The notes under the pieces: generated by a model | Database searches by the model: none | What the model was told of the DNA's origin: nothing | Seen by the model: the letters and a program-made list of their open reading frames with translations, nothing else | Position numbers and translations under genes: made by a program | Assembly: GCF_009914755.1 (NCBI RefSeq) | Contig: NC_060934.1 | Strand: one strand, 5' to 3' | DNA from: the human T2T-CHM13v2.0 reference genome, Homo sapiens | Length of the DNA stretch: 64,000 nt | Shown here: positions 23,266 through 35,480 of the stretch, in pieces | How positions within the stretch are numbered: the stretch's first letter is position 1 | Layout of the letters: every line of letters begins with the position of its first letter

Positions 23266-26200
23266 GAATTCTCAGTCACTTCTTTGTGCTGTGTGTATTC
23301 AAGTCACAGAGTTGAACCTTCCTTTAGACAGAGCAGTTTTGAAAAATTCTTTCTGTGGAGTTTGCAAGTGGAGATTTCAAGCGATTTGAGGCTAATCTTT
23401 GAAATGGAAATATCTTCGTGTAAAAACTACACAGAATCATTCTCAGAAACTGCTTTGTCATCTGTGCGTTCATTTCACAGAGTTTCACCTTTCTCTTCAT
23501 AGAGCAGTTTGGAAAGACTCTGTCTGTAAAGTCTGCAAGTGATTAGTTAGACCCCTTTGAGGCCTTCGTTGGAAGCGGGATTTCTCATTTACTGCTAGAC
23601 AGAAGAATTCTCAGTAAATCCTTTGTGTTGTGTGTATTCAACTCACAGAGTGGAACCTTCCTTTATTCAGAGCAGTTTTGAAAAACACTTTTTGTGGAAT
23701 TTGCAAGTGGAGATTTCAAGCGATTTGACGCCAATCTTAGACATGGAAATATCTTCATATTAAAAGTACACAGAGTCATTCGTAGAAACTAGTTTGTGAT
23801 GTGTGCCTTCAACTCACAGAGTTTAACCTTTCTTTTCATAGAGCAGTTTGGAAACACTCTATTTGTAAAGTCTGCAAGTGGATATTTGGACCTCTTTGAG
23901 GCCTTCGTTGGAAACGGGATTTCTTCATACAACGCTAGACAGAAGAATTCTCAGTAACTTCTTTGTGTTGTGTGTATTCAACTCACAGAGTTGAACCTTT
24001 CTTTAGAGAGAGCAGAGTTGAAACACTCTGTTTTTGGAATTTGTAACTGCAGATTTCAAGCGATTCTAGGCCTATGGCAGAAAAGGAAATATCTTCGTAT
24101 AAAAACTACACAGAATCATTCTCAACAACTACTTTGTGATGTGTGCGTTCAACTCACAGAGTTTAACCTTTCTTTTCATAGAGCAGTTTGGAAACACTCT
24201 GTTTGTAAAGCCTGCAAGTGCTTTTTTGGACTTCATTGAGGCCTTCGTTGGAAACGGGATTTCTTCATATAATGCTAGACAGAAGAATTCTCAGTCACTT
24301 CTTTGTGTTGTGTGTATTCAAGTCACAGAGTTGAACCTTCCTTTAGACAGAGCAGTTTTGAAAAATTCTTTCTGTGGAATTTGCAAGTGGAGATTTCAAG
24401 CGATTTGAGGCTAATCTTTGAAATGGAAATATCTTCGTGTAAAAACTACACAGAATCATTCTCAGAAACTGCTTTGTCATCTGTGCGTTCAGTTCACAGA
24501 GTTTCACCTTTCTCTTCATAGAGCAGTTTGGAAAGACTCTGTCTGTAAAGTCTGCAAGTGATTAGTTAGACCCCTTTGAGGCCTTCGTTGGAAGTGGGAT
24601 TTCTCATTTACTGCTAGACAGAAGAATTCTCAGTAAATCCTTTGTGTTGTGTGTATTCAACTCACAGAGTGGAACCTTCCTTTATTCAGAGCAGTTTTGA
24701 AACACTCTTTTTGTGGAATTTGCAAGTGGAGATTTCAAGCGATTTGACGCCAATCTTAGACATGGAATTATCTTCATATTAAAAGTACACAGAGTCATTC
24801 GTAGAAACTAGTTTGTGATGTGTGCCTTCAACTCACAGAGTTTAACCTTTCTTTTCATAGAGCAGTTGGGAAACACTCTATTTGTAAAGTCTGCAAGTGG
24901 ATATTTGGACCTCTTTGAGGCCTTCGTTGGAAACGGGATTTCTTCATATAACGCTAGACAGAAGAATTCTCAGTAACTTCTTTGTGTTGTGTGTATTCAA
25001 CTCACAGAGTTGAACCTTTCTTTAGAGGGAGCAGAGGTGAAACACTCTTTTTGTGGAATTTGCTAGTGTAGATTTCAAACGCTTCGAAGACAGTGATAGA
25101 AAAGGATATATCTTCGTATTAAAAGTAGACAAAATCATTCTCAGAAAACTCTTTGTGATGTGTGTGTTCAACTCACAGAGTTTAACCTTTCTTTAATCGA
25201 GCAGTTTGGAAATACACTCTTTGTAAGTCTGCAGGTGGATATTTGGCCCTCTTTGAGCCCTTCGTTGGAAACGGGATTTCCTCATGTAATGCTAGACAGA
25301 AGAATTCTCAGTAACTTCTTTGTGTTGTTTGTATTCAACACACAGATTTGAACCTTCCTTTAGAGAGAGCAGATTTGAAACCCTCTTTTTTTGGAATTTG
25401 CAAGTGCAGATTTCAAGCGCTTCTAGGCATATGGCAGAAAAGGAAATATCTTCGTATAAAAACTACACAGAATCATTCTCAACAACTACTTTGTGATGTG
25501 TGCGTTCAACTCACAGAGGTTAACCTTTCTTTTCATAGAGCAGTTTGGAAACACTCTGTTTGTAAAGCCTGCAAGTGCTTTTTTGGACTTCATTGAGGCC
25601 TTCGTTGGAAACGGGATTTCTTCATATAATGCTAGACAGAAGAATTCTCAGTCACTTCTTTGTGTTGTGTGTATTCAAGTCACAGAGTTGAACCTTCCTT
25701 TAGACAGAGCAGTTTTGAAAAATTCTTTCTGTGGAGTTTGCAAGTGGAGATTTCCAGCGATTTGAGGCTAATCTTTGAAATGGAAATATCTTCGTGTAAA
25801 AACTACACAGAATCATTCTCAGAAACTGCTTTGTCATCTGTGCGTTCAGTTCACAGAGTTTCACCTTTCTCTTCATAGAGCAGTTTGGAAAGACTCTGTC
25901 TGTAAAGTCTGCAAGTGATTAGTTAGACCCCTTTGAGGCCTTCGTTGGAAGCGGGATTTCTCATTTACTGCTAGACAGAAGAATTCTCAGTAAATCCTTT
26001 GTGTTGTGTGTATTCAACTCACAGAGTGGAACCTTCCTTTATTCAGAGCAGTTTTGAAAAACACTTTTTGTGGAATTTGCAAGTGGAGATTTCAAGCGAT
26101 TTGACGCCAATCTTAGACATGGAAATAACTTCATATTAAAAGTACACAGAGTCATTCGTAGAAACTAGTTTGTGATGTGTGCCTTCAACTCACAGAGTTT

Positions 26201-28017
26201 AACCTTTCTTTTCATAGAGCAGTTTGGAAACACTCTATTTGTAAAGTCTGCAAGTGGATATTTGGACCTCTTTGAGGCCTTCGTTGGAAACGGGATTTCT
26301 TCATACAACGCTAGACAGAAGAATTCTCAGTAACTTCTTTGTGTTGTGTGTATTCAACTCACAGAGTTGAACCTTTCTTTAGAGAGAGCAGAGTTGAAAC
26401 ACTCTGTTTTTGGAATTTGCAACTGCAGATTTCAAGCGATTCTAGGCCTATGGCAGAAAAGGAAATATCTTCGTATAAAAACTACACAGAATCATTCTCA
26501 ACAACTACTTTGTGATGTGTGCGTTCAACTCACAGAGTTTAACCTTTCTTTTCATAGAGCAGTTTGGAAACACTCTGTTTGTAAAGCCTGCAAGTGCTTT
26601 TTTGGACTTCATTGAGGCCTTCGTTGGAAACGGGATTTCTTCATATAATGCTAGACAGAAGAATTCTCAGTCACTTCTTTGTGTTGTGTGTATTCAAGTC
26701 ACAGAGTTGAACCTTCCTTTAGACAGAGCAGTTTTGAAAAATTCTTTCTGTGGAATTTGCAAGTGGAGATTTCAAGCGATTTGAGGCTAATCTTTGAAAT
26801 GGAAATATCTTCGTGTAAAAACTACACAGAATCATTCTCAGAAACTGCTTTGTCATCTGTGCGTTCAGTTCACAGAGTTTCACCTTTCTCTTCATAGAGC
26901 AGTTTGGAAAGACTCTGTCTGTAAAGTCTGCAAGTGATTAGTTAGACCCCTTTGAGTCCTTCGTTGGAAGCGGGATTTCTCATTTACTGCTAGACAGAAG
27001 AATTCTCAGTAAATCCTTTGTGTTGTGTGTATTCAACTCACAGAGTGGAACCTTCCTTTATTCAGAGCAGTTTTGAAACACTCTTTTTGTGGAATTTGCA
27101 AGTGGAGATTTCAAGCGATTTGACGCCAATCTTAGACATGGAAATATCTTCATATTAAAAGTACACAGAGTCATTCGTAGAAACTAGTTTGTGATGTGTG
27201 CCTTCAACTCACAGAGTTTAACCTTTCTTTTCATAGAGCAGTTGGGAAACACTCTATTTGTAAAGTCTGCAAGTGGATATTTGGACCTCTTTGAGGCCTT
27301 CGTTGGAAACGGGATTTCTTCATATAACGCTAGACAGAAGAATTCTCAGTAACTTCTTTGTGTTGTGTGTATTCAACTCACAGAGTTGAACCTTTCTTTA
27401 GAGAGAGCAGAGGTGAAACACTCTTTTTGTGGAATTTGCTAGTGTAGATTTCAAACGCTTCGAAGACAGTGATAGAAAAGGATATATCTTCGTATTAAAA
27501 GTAGACAAAATCATTCTCAGAAAACTCTTTGTGATGTGTGTGTTCAACTCACAGAATTTAACCTTTCTTTAATCGAGCAGTTTGGAAATACACTCTTTGT
27601 AAGTCTGCAGGTGGATATTTGGCCCTCTTTGAGCCCTTCGTTGGAAACGGGATTTCCTCATATAATGCTAGACAGAAGAATTCTCAGTAACTTCTTTGTG
27701 TTGTTTGTATTCAACACACAGATTTGAACCTTCCTTTAGAGAGAGCAGATTTGAAACACTCTGTTTTTGGAATTTGCAAGTGCAGATTTCAAGCGCTTCT
27801 AGGCCTATGGCAGAAAAGGAAATATCTTCGTATAAAAACTACACAGAATCATTCTCAACAACTTCTTTGTGATGTGTGCGTTCAACTCACAGAGTTTAAC
27901 CTTTCTTTTCATAGAGCAGTTTGGAAACACTCTGTTTGTAAAGCCTGCAAGTGCTTTTTTGCACTTCATTGAGGCCTTCGTTGGAAACGGGATTTCTTCA
28001 TATAATGCTAGACAGAA

Positions 28018-31000
28018 GAATTCTCAGTCACTTCTTTGTGTTGTGTGTATTCAAGTCACAGAGTTGAACCTTCCTTTAGACAGAGCAGTTTTGAAAAATT
28101 CTTTCTGTGTAATTTGCAAGTGGAGATTTCAAGCGATTTGAGGCTAATCTTTGAAATGGAAATATCTTCGTGTAAAAACTACACAGAATCATTCTCAGAA
28201 ACTGCTTTGTCATCTGTGCGTTCAGTTCACAGAGTTTCACCTTTCTCTTCATAGAGCAGTTTGGAAAGACTCTGTCTGTAAAGTCTGCAAGTGATTAGTT
28301 AGACCCCTTTGAGGCCTTCGTTGGAAGCGGGATTTCTCATTTACTGCTAGACAGAAGAATTCTCAGTAAATCCTTTGTGTTGTGTGTATTCAACTCACAG
28401 AGTGGAACCTTCCTTTATTCAGAGCAGTTTTGAAACACTCTTTTTGTGGAATTTGCAAGTGGAGATTTCAAGCGATTTGACGCCAATCTTAGACATGGAA
28501 ATATCTTCATATTAAAAGTACACAGAGTCATTCGTAGAAACTAGTTTGTGATGTGTGCCTTCAACTCACAGAGTTTAACCTTTCTTTTCATAGAGCAGTT
28601 GGGAAACACTCTATTTGTAAAGTCTGCAAGTGGATATTTGGACCTCTTTGAGGCCTTCGTTGGAAACGGGATTTCTTCGTATAACGCTAGACAGAAGAAT
28701 TCTCAGTAACTTCTTTGTGTTGTGTGTATTCAACTCACAGAGTTGAACCTTTCTTTAGAGGGAGCAGAGGTGAAACACTCTTTTTGTGGAATTTGCTAGT
28801 GTAGATTTCAAACGCTTCGAAGACAGTGATAGAAAAGGATATATCTTCGTATTAAAAGTAGACAAAATCATTCTCAGAAAACTCTTTGTGATGTGTGTGT
28901 TCAACTCACAGAGTTTAACCTTTCTTTAATCGAGCAGTTTGGAAATACACTCTTTGTAAGTCTGCAGGTGGATATTTGGCCCTCTTTGAGCCCTTCGTTG
29001 GAAACGGGATTTCCTCATATAATGCTAGAGAGAAGAATTCTCAGTAACTTCTTTGTGTTGTTTGTATTCAACACACAGATTTGAACCTTCCTTTAGAGAG
29101 AGCAGATTTGAAACACTCTGTTTTTGGAATTTGCAAGTGCAGATTTCAAGCGCTTCTAGGCCTATGGCAGTAAAGGAAATATCTTCGTATAAAAACTACA
29201 CAGAATCATTCTCAACAACTACTTTGTGATGTGTGCGTTCAACTCACAGAGGTTAACCTTTCTTTTCATAGAGCAGTTTGGAAACACTCTGTTTGTAAAG
29301 CCTGCAAGTGCTTTTTTGGACTTCATTGAGGCCTTCGTTGGAAACGAGATTTCTTCATATAATGCTAGACAGAAGAATTCTCAGTCACTTCTTTGTGTTG
29401 TGTGTATTCAAGTCACAGAGTTGAACCTTCCTTTAGACAGAGCAGTTTTGAAAAATTCTTTCTGTGGAGTTTGCAAGTGGAGATTTCAAGCGATTTGAGG
29501 CTAATCTTTGAAATGGAAATATCTTGGTGTAAAAACTACACAGAATCATTCTCAGAAACTGCTTTGTCATCTGTGCGTTCAGTTCACAGAGTTTCACCTT
29601 TCTCTTCATAGAGCAGTTTGGAAAGACTCTGTCTGTAAGTCTGCAAGTGATTAGTTAGACCCCTTTGAGGCCTTCGTTGGAAGCGGGATTTCTCATTTAC
29701 TGCTAGACAGAAGAATTCTCAGTAACTTCTTTGTGTTGTGTGTATTCAACTCACAGAGTTGAACCTTTCTTTAGAGAGAGCAGAGTTGAAACACTCTGTT
29801 TTTGGAATTTGCAAGTGCAGATTTCAAGCGATTCTAGGCCTATGGCAGAAAAGGAAATATCTTCGTATAAAAACTACACAGAATCATTCTCAACAACTAC
29901 TTTGTGATGTGTGCGTTCAACTCACAGAGTTTAACCTTTCTTTTCATAGAGCAGTTTGGAAACACTCTGTTTGTAAAGCCTGCAAGTGTTTTTCCGGACT
30001 TCATTGAGGCCTTCGTTGGAAACGGGATTTCTTCATATAATGCTAGACAGAAGAATTCTCAGTCACTTCTTTGTGTTGTGTGTATTCAAGTCACAGAGTT
30101 GAACCTTCCTTTAGACAGAGCAGTTTTGAAAAATTCTTTCTGTGGAATTTGCAAGTGGAGATTTCAAGCGATTTGAGGCTAATCTTTGAAATGGAAATGT
30201 CTTCGTGTAAAAACTACACAGAATCATTCTCAGAAACTGCTTTGTCATCTGTGCGTTCAGTTCACAGAGTTTCACCTTTCTCTTCATAGAGCAGTTTGGA
30301 AAGACTCTGTCTGTAAAGTCTGCAAGTGATTAGTTAGACCCCTTTGAGGCCTTCGTTGGAAGCGGGATTTCTCATTTACTGCTAGACAGAAGAATTCTCA
30401 GTAAATCCTTTGTGTTGTGTGTATTCAACTCACAGAGTGGAACCTTCCTTTATTCAGAGCAGTTTTGTAACACTCTTTTTGTGGAATTTGCAAGTGGAGA
30501 TTTCAAGCGATTTGACGCCAATCTTAGACATGGAAATATCTTCATATTAAAAGTACACAGAGTCATTCGTAGAAACTAGTTTGTGATGTGTGCCTTCAAC
30601 TCACAGAGTTTAACCTTTCTTTTCATAGAGCAGTTGGGAAACACTCTATTTGTAAAGTCTGCAAGTGGATATTTGGACCTCTTTGAGGCCTTCGTTGGAA
30701 ACGGGATTTCTTCATATAACGCTAGACAGAAGAATTCTCAGTAACTTCTTTGTGTTGTGTGTATTCAACTCACAGAGTTGAACCTTTCTTTAGAGGGAGC
30801 AGAGGTGAAACACTCTTTTTGTGGAATTTGCTAGTGTAGATTTCAAACGCTTCGAAGACAGTGATAGAAAAGGATATATCTTCGTATTAAAAGTAGACAA
30901 AATCATTCTCAGAAAACTCTTTGTGATGTGTGTGTTCAACTCACAGAGTTTAACCTTTCTTTAATCGAGCAGTTTGGAAATACACTCTTTGTAAGTCTGC

Positions 31001-34000
31001 AGGTGGATATTTGGCCCTCTTTGAGCCCTTCGTTGGAAACGGGATTTCCTCATATAATGCTAGACAGAAGAATTCTCAGTAACTTCTTTGTGTTGTTTGT
31101 ATTCAACACACAGATTTGAACCTTCCTTTAGAGAGAGCAGATTTGAAACACTCTGTTTTTGGAATTTGCAAGTGCAGATTTCAAGCGCTTCTAGGCCTAT
31201 GGCAGTAAAGGAAATATCTTCGTATAAAAACTACACAGAATCATTCTCAACAACTACTTTGTGATGTGTGCGTTCAACTCACAGAGGTTAACCTTTCTTT
31301 TCATAGAGCAGTTTGGAAACACTCTGTTTGTAAAGCCTGCAAGTGCTTTTTTGGACTTCATTGAGGCCTTCGTTGGAAACGAGATTTCTTCATATAATGC
31401 TAGACAGAAGAATTCTCAGTCACTTCTTTGTGTTGTGTGTATTCAAGTCACAGAGTTGAACCTTCCTTTAGACAGAGCAGTTTTGAAAAATTCTTTCTGT
31501 GGAGTTTGCAAGTGGAGATTTCAAGCGATTTGAGGCTAATCTTTGAAATGGAAATATCTTGGTGTAAAAACTACACAGAATCATTCTCAGAAACTGCTTT
31601 GTCATCTGTGCGTTCAGTTCACAGAGTTTCACCTTTCTCTTCATAGAGCAGTTTGGAAAGACTCTGTCTGTAAGTCTGCAAGTGATTAGTTAGACCCCTT
31701 TGAGGCCTTCGTTGGAAGCGGGATTTCTCATTTACTGCTAGACAGAAGAATTCTCAGTAACTTCTTTGTGTTGTGTGTATTCAACTCACAGAGTTGAACC
31801 TTTCTTTAGAGAGAGCAGAGTTGAAACACTCTGTTTTTGGAATTTGCAAGTGCAGATTTCAAGCGATTCTAGGCCTATGTCAGAAAAGGAAATATCTTCG
31901 TATAAAAACTACACAGAATCATTCTCAACAACTACTTTGTGATGTGTGCGTTCAACTCACAGAGTTTAACCTTTCTTTTCATAGAGCAGTTTGGAAACAC
32001 TCTGTTTGTAAAGCCTGCAAGTGCTTTTCCGGACTTCATTGAGGCCTTCGTTGGAAACGGGATTTCTTCATATAATGCTAGACAGAAGAATTCTCAGTCA
32101 CTTCTTTGTGTTGTGTGTATTCAAGTCACAGAGTTGAACCTTCCTTTAGACAGAGCAGTTTTGAAAAATTCTTTCTGTGGAATTTGCAAGTGGAGATTTC
32201 AAGCGATTTGAGGCTAATCTTTGAAATGGAAATGTCTTCGTGTAAAAACTACACAGAATCATTCTCAGAAACTGCTTTGTCATCTGTGCGTTCAGTTCAC
32301 AGAGTTTCACCTTTCTCTTCATAGAGCAGTTTGGAAAGACTCTGTCTGTAAAGTCTGCAAGTGATTAGTTAGACCCCTTTGAGGCCTTCGTTGGAAGCGG
32401 GATTTCTCATTTACTGCTAGACAGAAGAATTCTCAGTAAATCCTTTGTGTTGTGTGTATTCAACTCACAGAGTGGAACCTTCCTTTATTCAGAGCAGTTT
32501 TGTAACACTCTTTTTGTGGAATTTGCAAGTGGAGATTTCAAGCGATTTGACGCCAATCTTAGACATGGAAATATCTTCATATTAAAAGTACACAGAGTCA
32601 TTCGTAGAAACTAGTTTGTGATGTGTGCCTTCAACTCACAGAGTTTAACCTTTCTTTTCATAGAGCAGTTGGGAAACACTCTATTTGTAAAGTCTGCAAG
32701 TGGATATTTGGACCTCTTTGAGGCCTTCGTTGGAAACGGGATTTCTTCATATAACGCTAGACAGAAGAATTCTCAGTAACTTCTTTGTGTTGTGTGTATT
32801 CAACTCACAGAGTTGAACCTTTCTTTAGAGGGAGCAGAGGTGAAACACTCTTTTTGTGGAATTTGCTAGTGTAGATTTCAAACGCTTCGAAGACAGTGAT
32901 AGAAAAGGATATATCTTCGTATTAAAAGTAGACAAAATCATTCTCAGAAAACTCTTTGTGATGTGTGTGTTCAACTCACAGAGTTTAACCTTTCTTTAAT
33001 CGAGCAGTTTGGAAATACACTCTTTGTAAGTCTGCAGGTGGATATTTGGCCCTCTTTGAGCCCTTCGTTGGAAACGGGATTTCCTCATATAATGCTAGAC
33101 AGAAGAATTCTCAGTAACTTCTTTGTGTTGTTTGTATTCAACACACAGATTTGAACCTTCCTTTAGAGAGAGCAGATTTGAAACACTCTGTTTTTGGAAT
33201 TTGCAAGTGCAGATTTCAAGCGCTTCTAGGCCTATGGCAGAAAAGGAAATATCTTCGTATAAAAACTACACAGAATCATTCTCAACAACTACTTTGTGAT
33301 GTGTGCGTTCAACTCACAGAGGTTAACCTTTCTTTTCAGAGAGCAGTTTGGAAACACTCTGTTTGTAAAGCCTGCAAGTGCTTTTTTGGACTTCATTGAG
33401 GCCTTCGTTGGAAACGAGATTTCTTCATATAATGCTAGACAGAAGAATTCTCAGTCACTTCTTTGTGTTGTGTGTATTCAAGTCACAGAGTTGAACCTTC
33501 CTTTAGACAGAGCAGTTTTGATAAATTCTTTCTGTGGAGTTTGCAAGTGGAGATTTCAAGCGATTTGAGGCTAATCTTTGAAATGGAAATATCTTCGTGT
33601 AAAAACTACACAGAATCATTCTCAGAAACTGCTTTGTCATCTGTGCGTTCAGTTCACAGAGTTTCACCTTTCTCTTCATAGAGCAGTTTGGAAAGACTCT
33701 GTCTGTAAGTCTGCAAGTGATTAGTTAGACCCCTTTGAGGCCTTCGTTGGAAGCGGGATTTCTCATTTACTGCTAGACAGAAGAATTCTCAGTAACTTCT
33801 TTGTGTTGTGTGTATTCAACTCACAGAGTTGAACCTTTCTTTAGAGAGAGCAGAGTTGAAACACTCTGTTTTTGGAATTTGCAAGTGTAGATTTCAAGCG
33901 ATTCTAGGCCTAAGGCAGAAAAGGAAATATCTTCGTATAAAAACTACACAGAATCATTCTCAACAACTACTTTGTGATGTGTGCGTTCAACTCACAGAGT

Positions 34001-35480
34001 TTAACCTTTCTTTTCATAGAGCAGTTTGGAAACACTCTGTTTGTAAAGCCTGCAAGTGCTTTTCCGGACTTCATTGAGGCCTTCGTTGGAAACGGGATTT
34101 CTTCATATAATGCTAGACAGAAGAATTCTCAGTCACTTCTTTGTGTTGTGTGTATTCAAGTCACAGAGTTGAACCTTCCTTTAGACAGAGCAGTTTTGAA
34201 AAATTCTTTCTGTGGAATTTGCAAGTGGAGATTTCAAGCGATTTGAGGCTAATCTTTGAAATGGAAATGTCTTCGTGTAAAAACTACACAGAATCATTCT
34301 CAGAAACTGCTTTGTCATCTGTGCGTTCAGTTCACAGAGTTTCACCTTTCTCTTCATAGAGCAGTTTGGAAAGACTCTGTCTTTAAAGTCTGCAAGTGAT
34401 TAGTTAGACCCCTTTGAGGCCTTCGTTGGAAGCGGGATTTCTCATTTACTGCTAGACAGAAGAATTCTCAGTAAATCCTTTGTGTTGTGTGTATTCAACT
34501 CACAGAGTGGAACCTTCCTTTATTCAGAGCAGTTTTGTAACACTCTTTTTGTGGAATTTGCAAGTGGAGATTTCAAGCGATTTGACGCCAATCTTAGACA
34601 TGGAAATATCTTCATATTAAAAGTACACAGAGTCATTCGTAGAAACTAGTTTGTGATGTGTGCCTTCAACTCACAGAGTTTAACCTTTCTTTTCATAGAG
34701 CAGTTGGGAAACACTCTATTTGTAAAGTCTGCAAGTGGATATTTGGACCTCTTTGAGGCCTTCGTTGGAAACGGGATTTCTTCATATAACGCTAGACAGA
34801 AGAATTCTCAGTAACTTCTTTGTGTTGTGTGTATTCAACTCACAGAGTTGAACCTTTCTTTAGAGGGAGCAGAGGTGAAACACTCTTTTTGTGGAATTTG
34901 CTAGTGTAGATTTCAAACGCTTCGAAGACAGTGATAGAAAAGGATATATCTTCGTATTAAAAGTAGACAAAATCATTCTCAGAAAATTCTTTGTGATGTG
35001 TGTGTTCAACTCACAGAGTTTAACCTTTCTTTAATCGAGCAGTTTGGAAATACACTCTTTGTAAGTCTGCAGGTGGATATTTGGCCCTCTTTGAGCCCTT
35101 CGTTGGAAACGGGATTTCCTCATATAATGCTAAACAGAAGAATTCTCAGTAACTTCTTTGTGTTGTTTGTATTCAACACACAGATTTGAACCTTCCTTTA
35201 GAGAGAGCAGATTTGAAACACTCTGTTTTTGGAATTTGCAAGTGCAGATTTCAAGCGCTTCTAGGCCTATGGCAGAAAAGGAAATATCTTCGTATAAAAA
35301 CTACACAGAATCATTCTCAACAACTACTTTGTGATGAGTGCGTTCAACTCACAGAGGTTAACCTTTCTTTTCAGAGAGCAGTTTGGAAACACTCTGTTTG
35401 TAAAGCCTGCAAGTGCTTTTTTGGACTTCATTGAGGCCTTCGTTGGAAACGAGATTTCTTCATATAATGCTAGACAGAAG
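28018..35480 (+). repeat. Tandem super-repeat, period 2035 bp (8-mer + 4-mer), about 3.5 copies
   Basis: D ORFs at 28893, 30928, 32963, 34998. Shared variants AACGAGATT, GTCTGTAAGTC, TTCCGGAC, GAAATGTCTT, TTTTGTAACAC. Confidence 0.92.
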
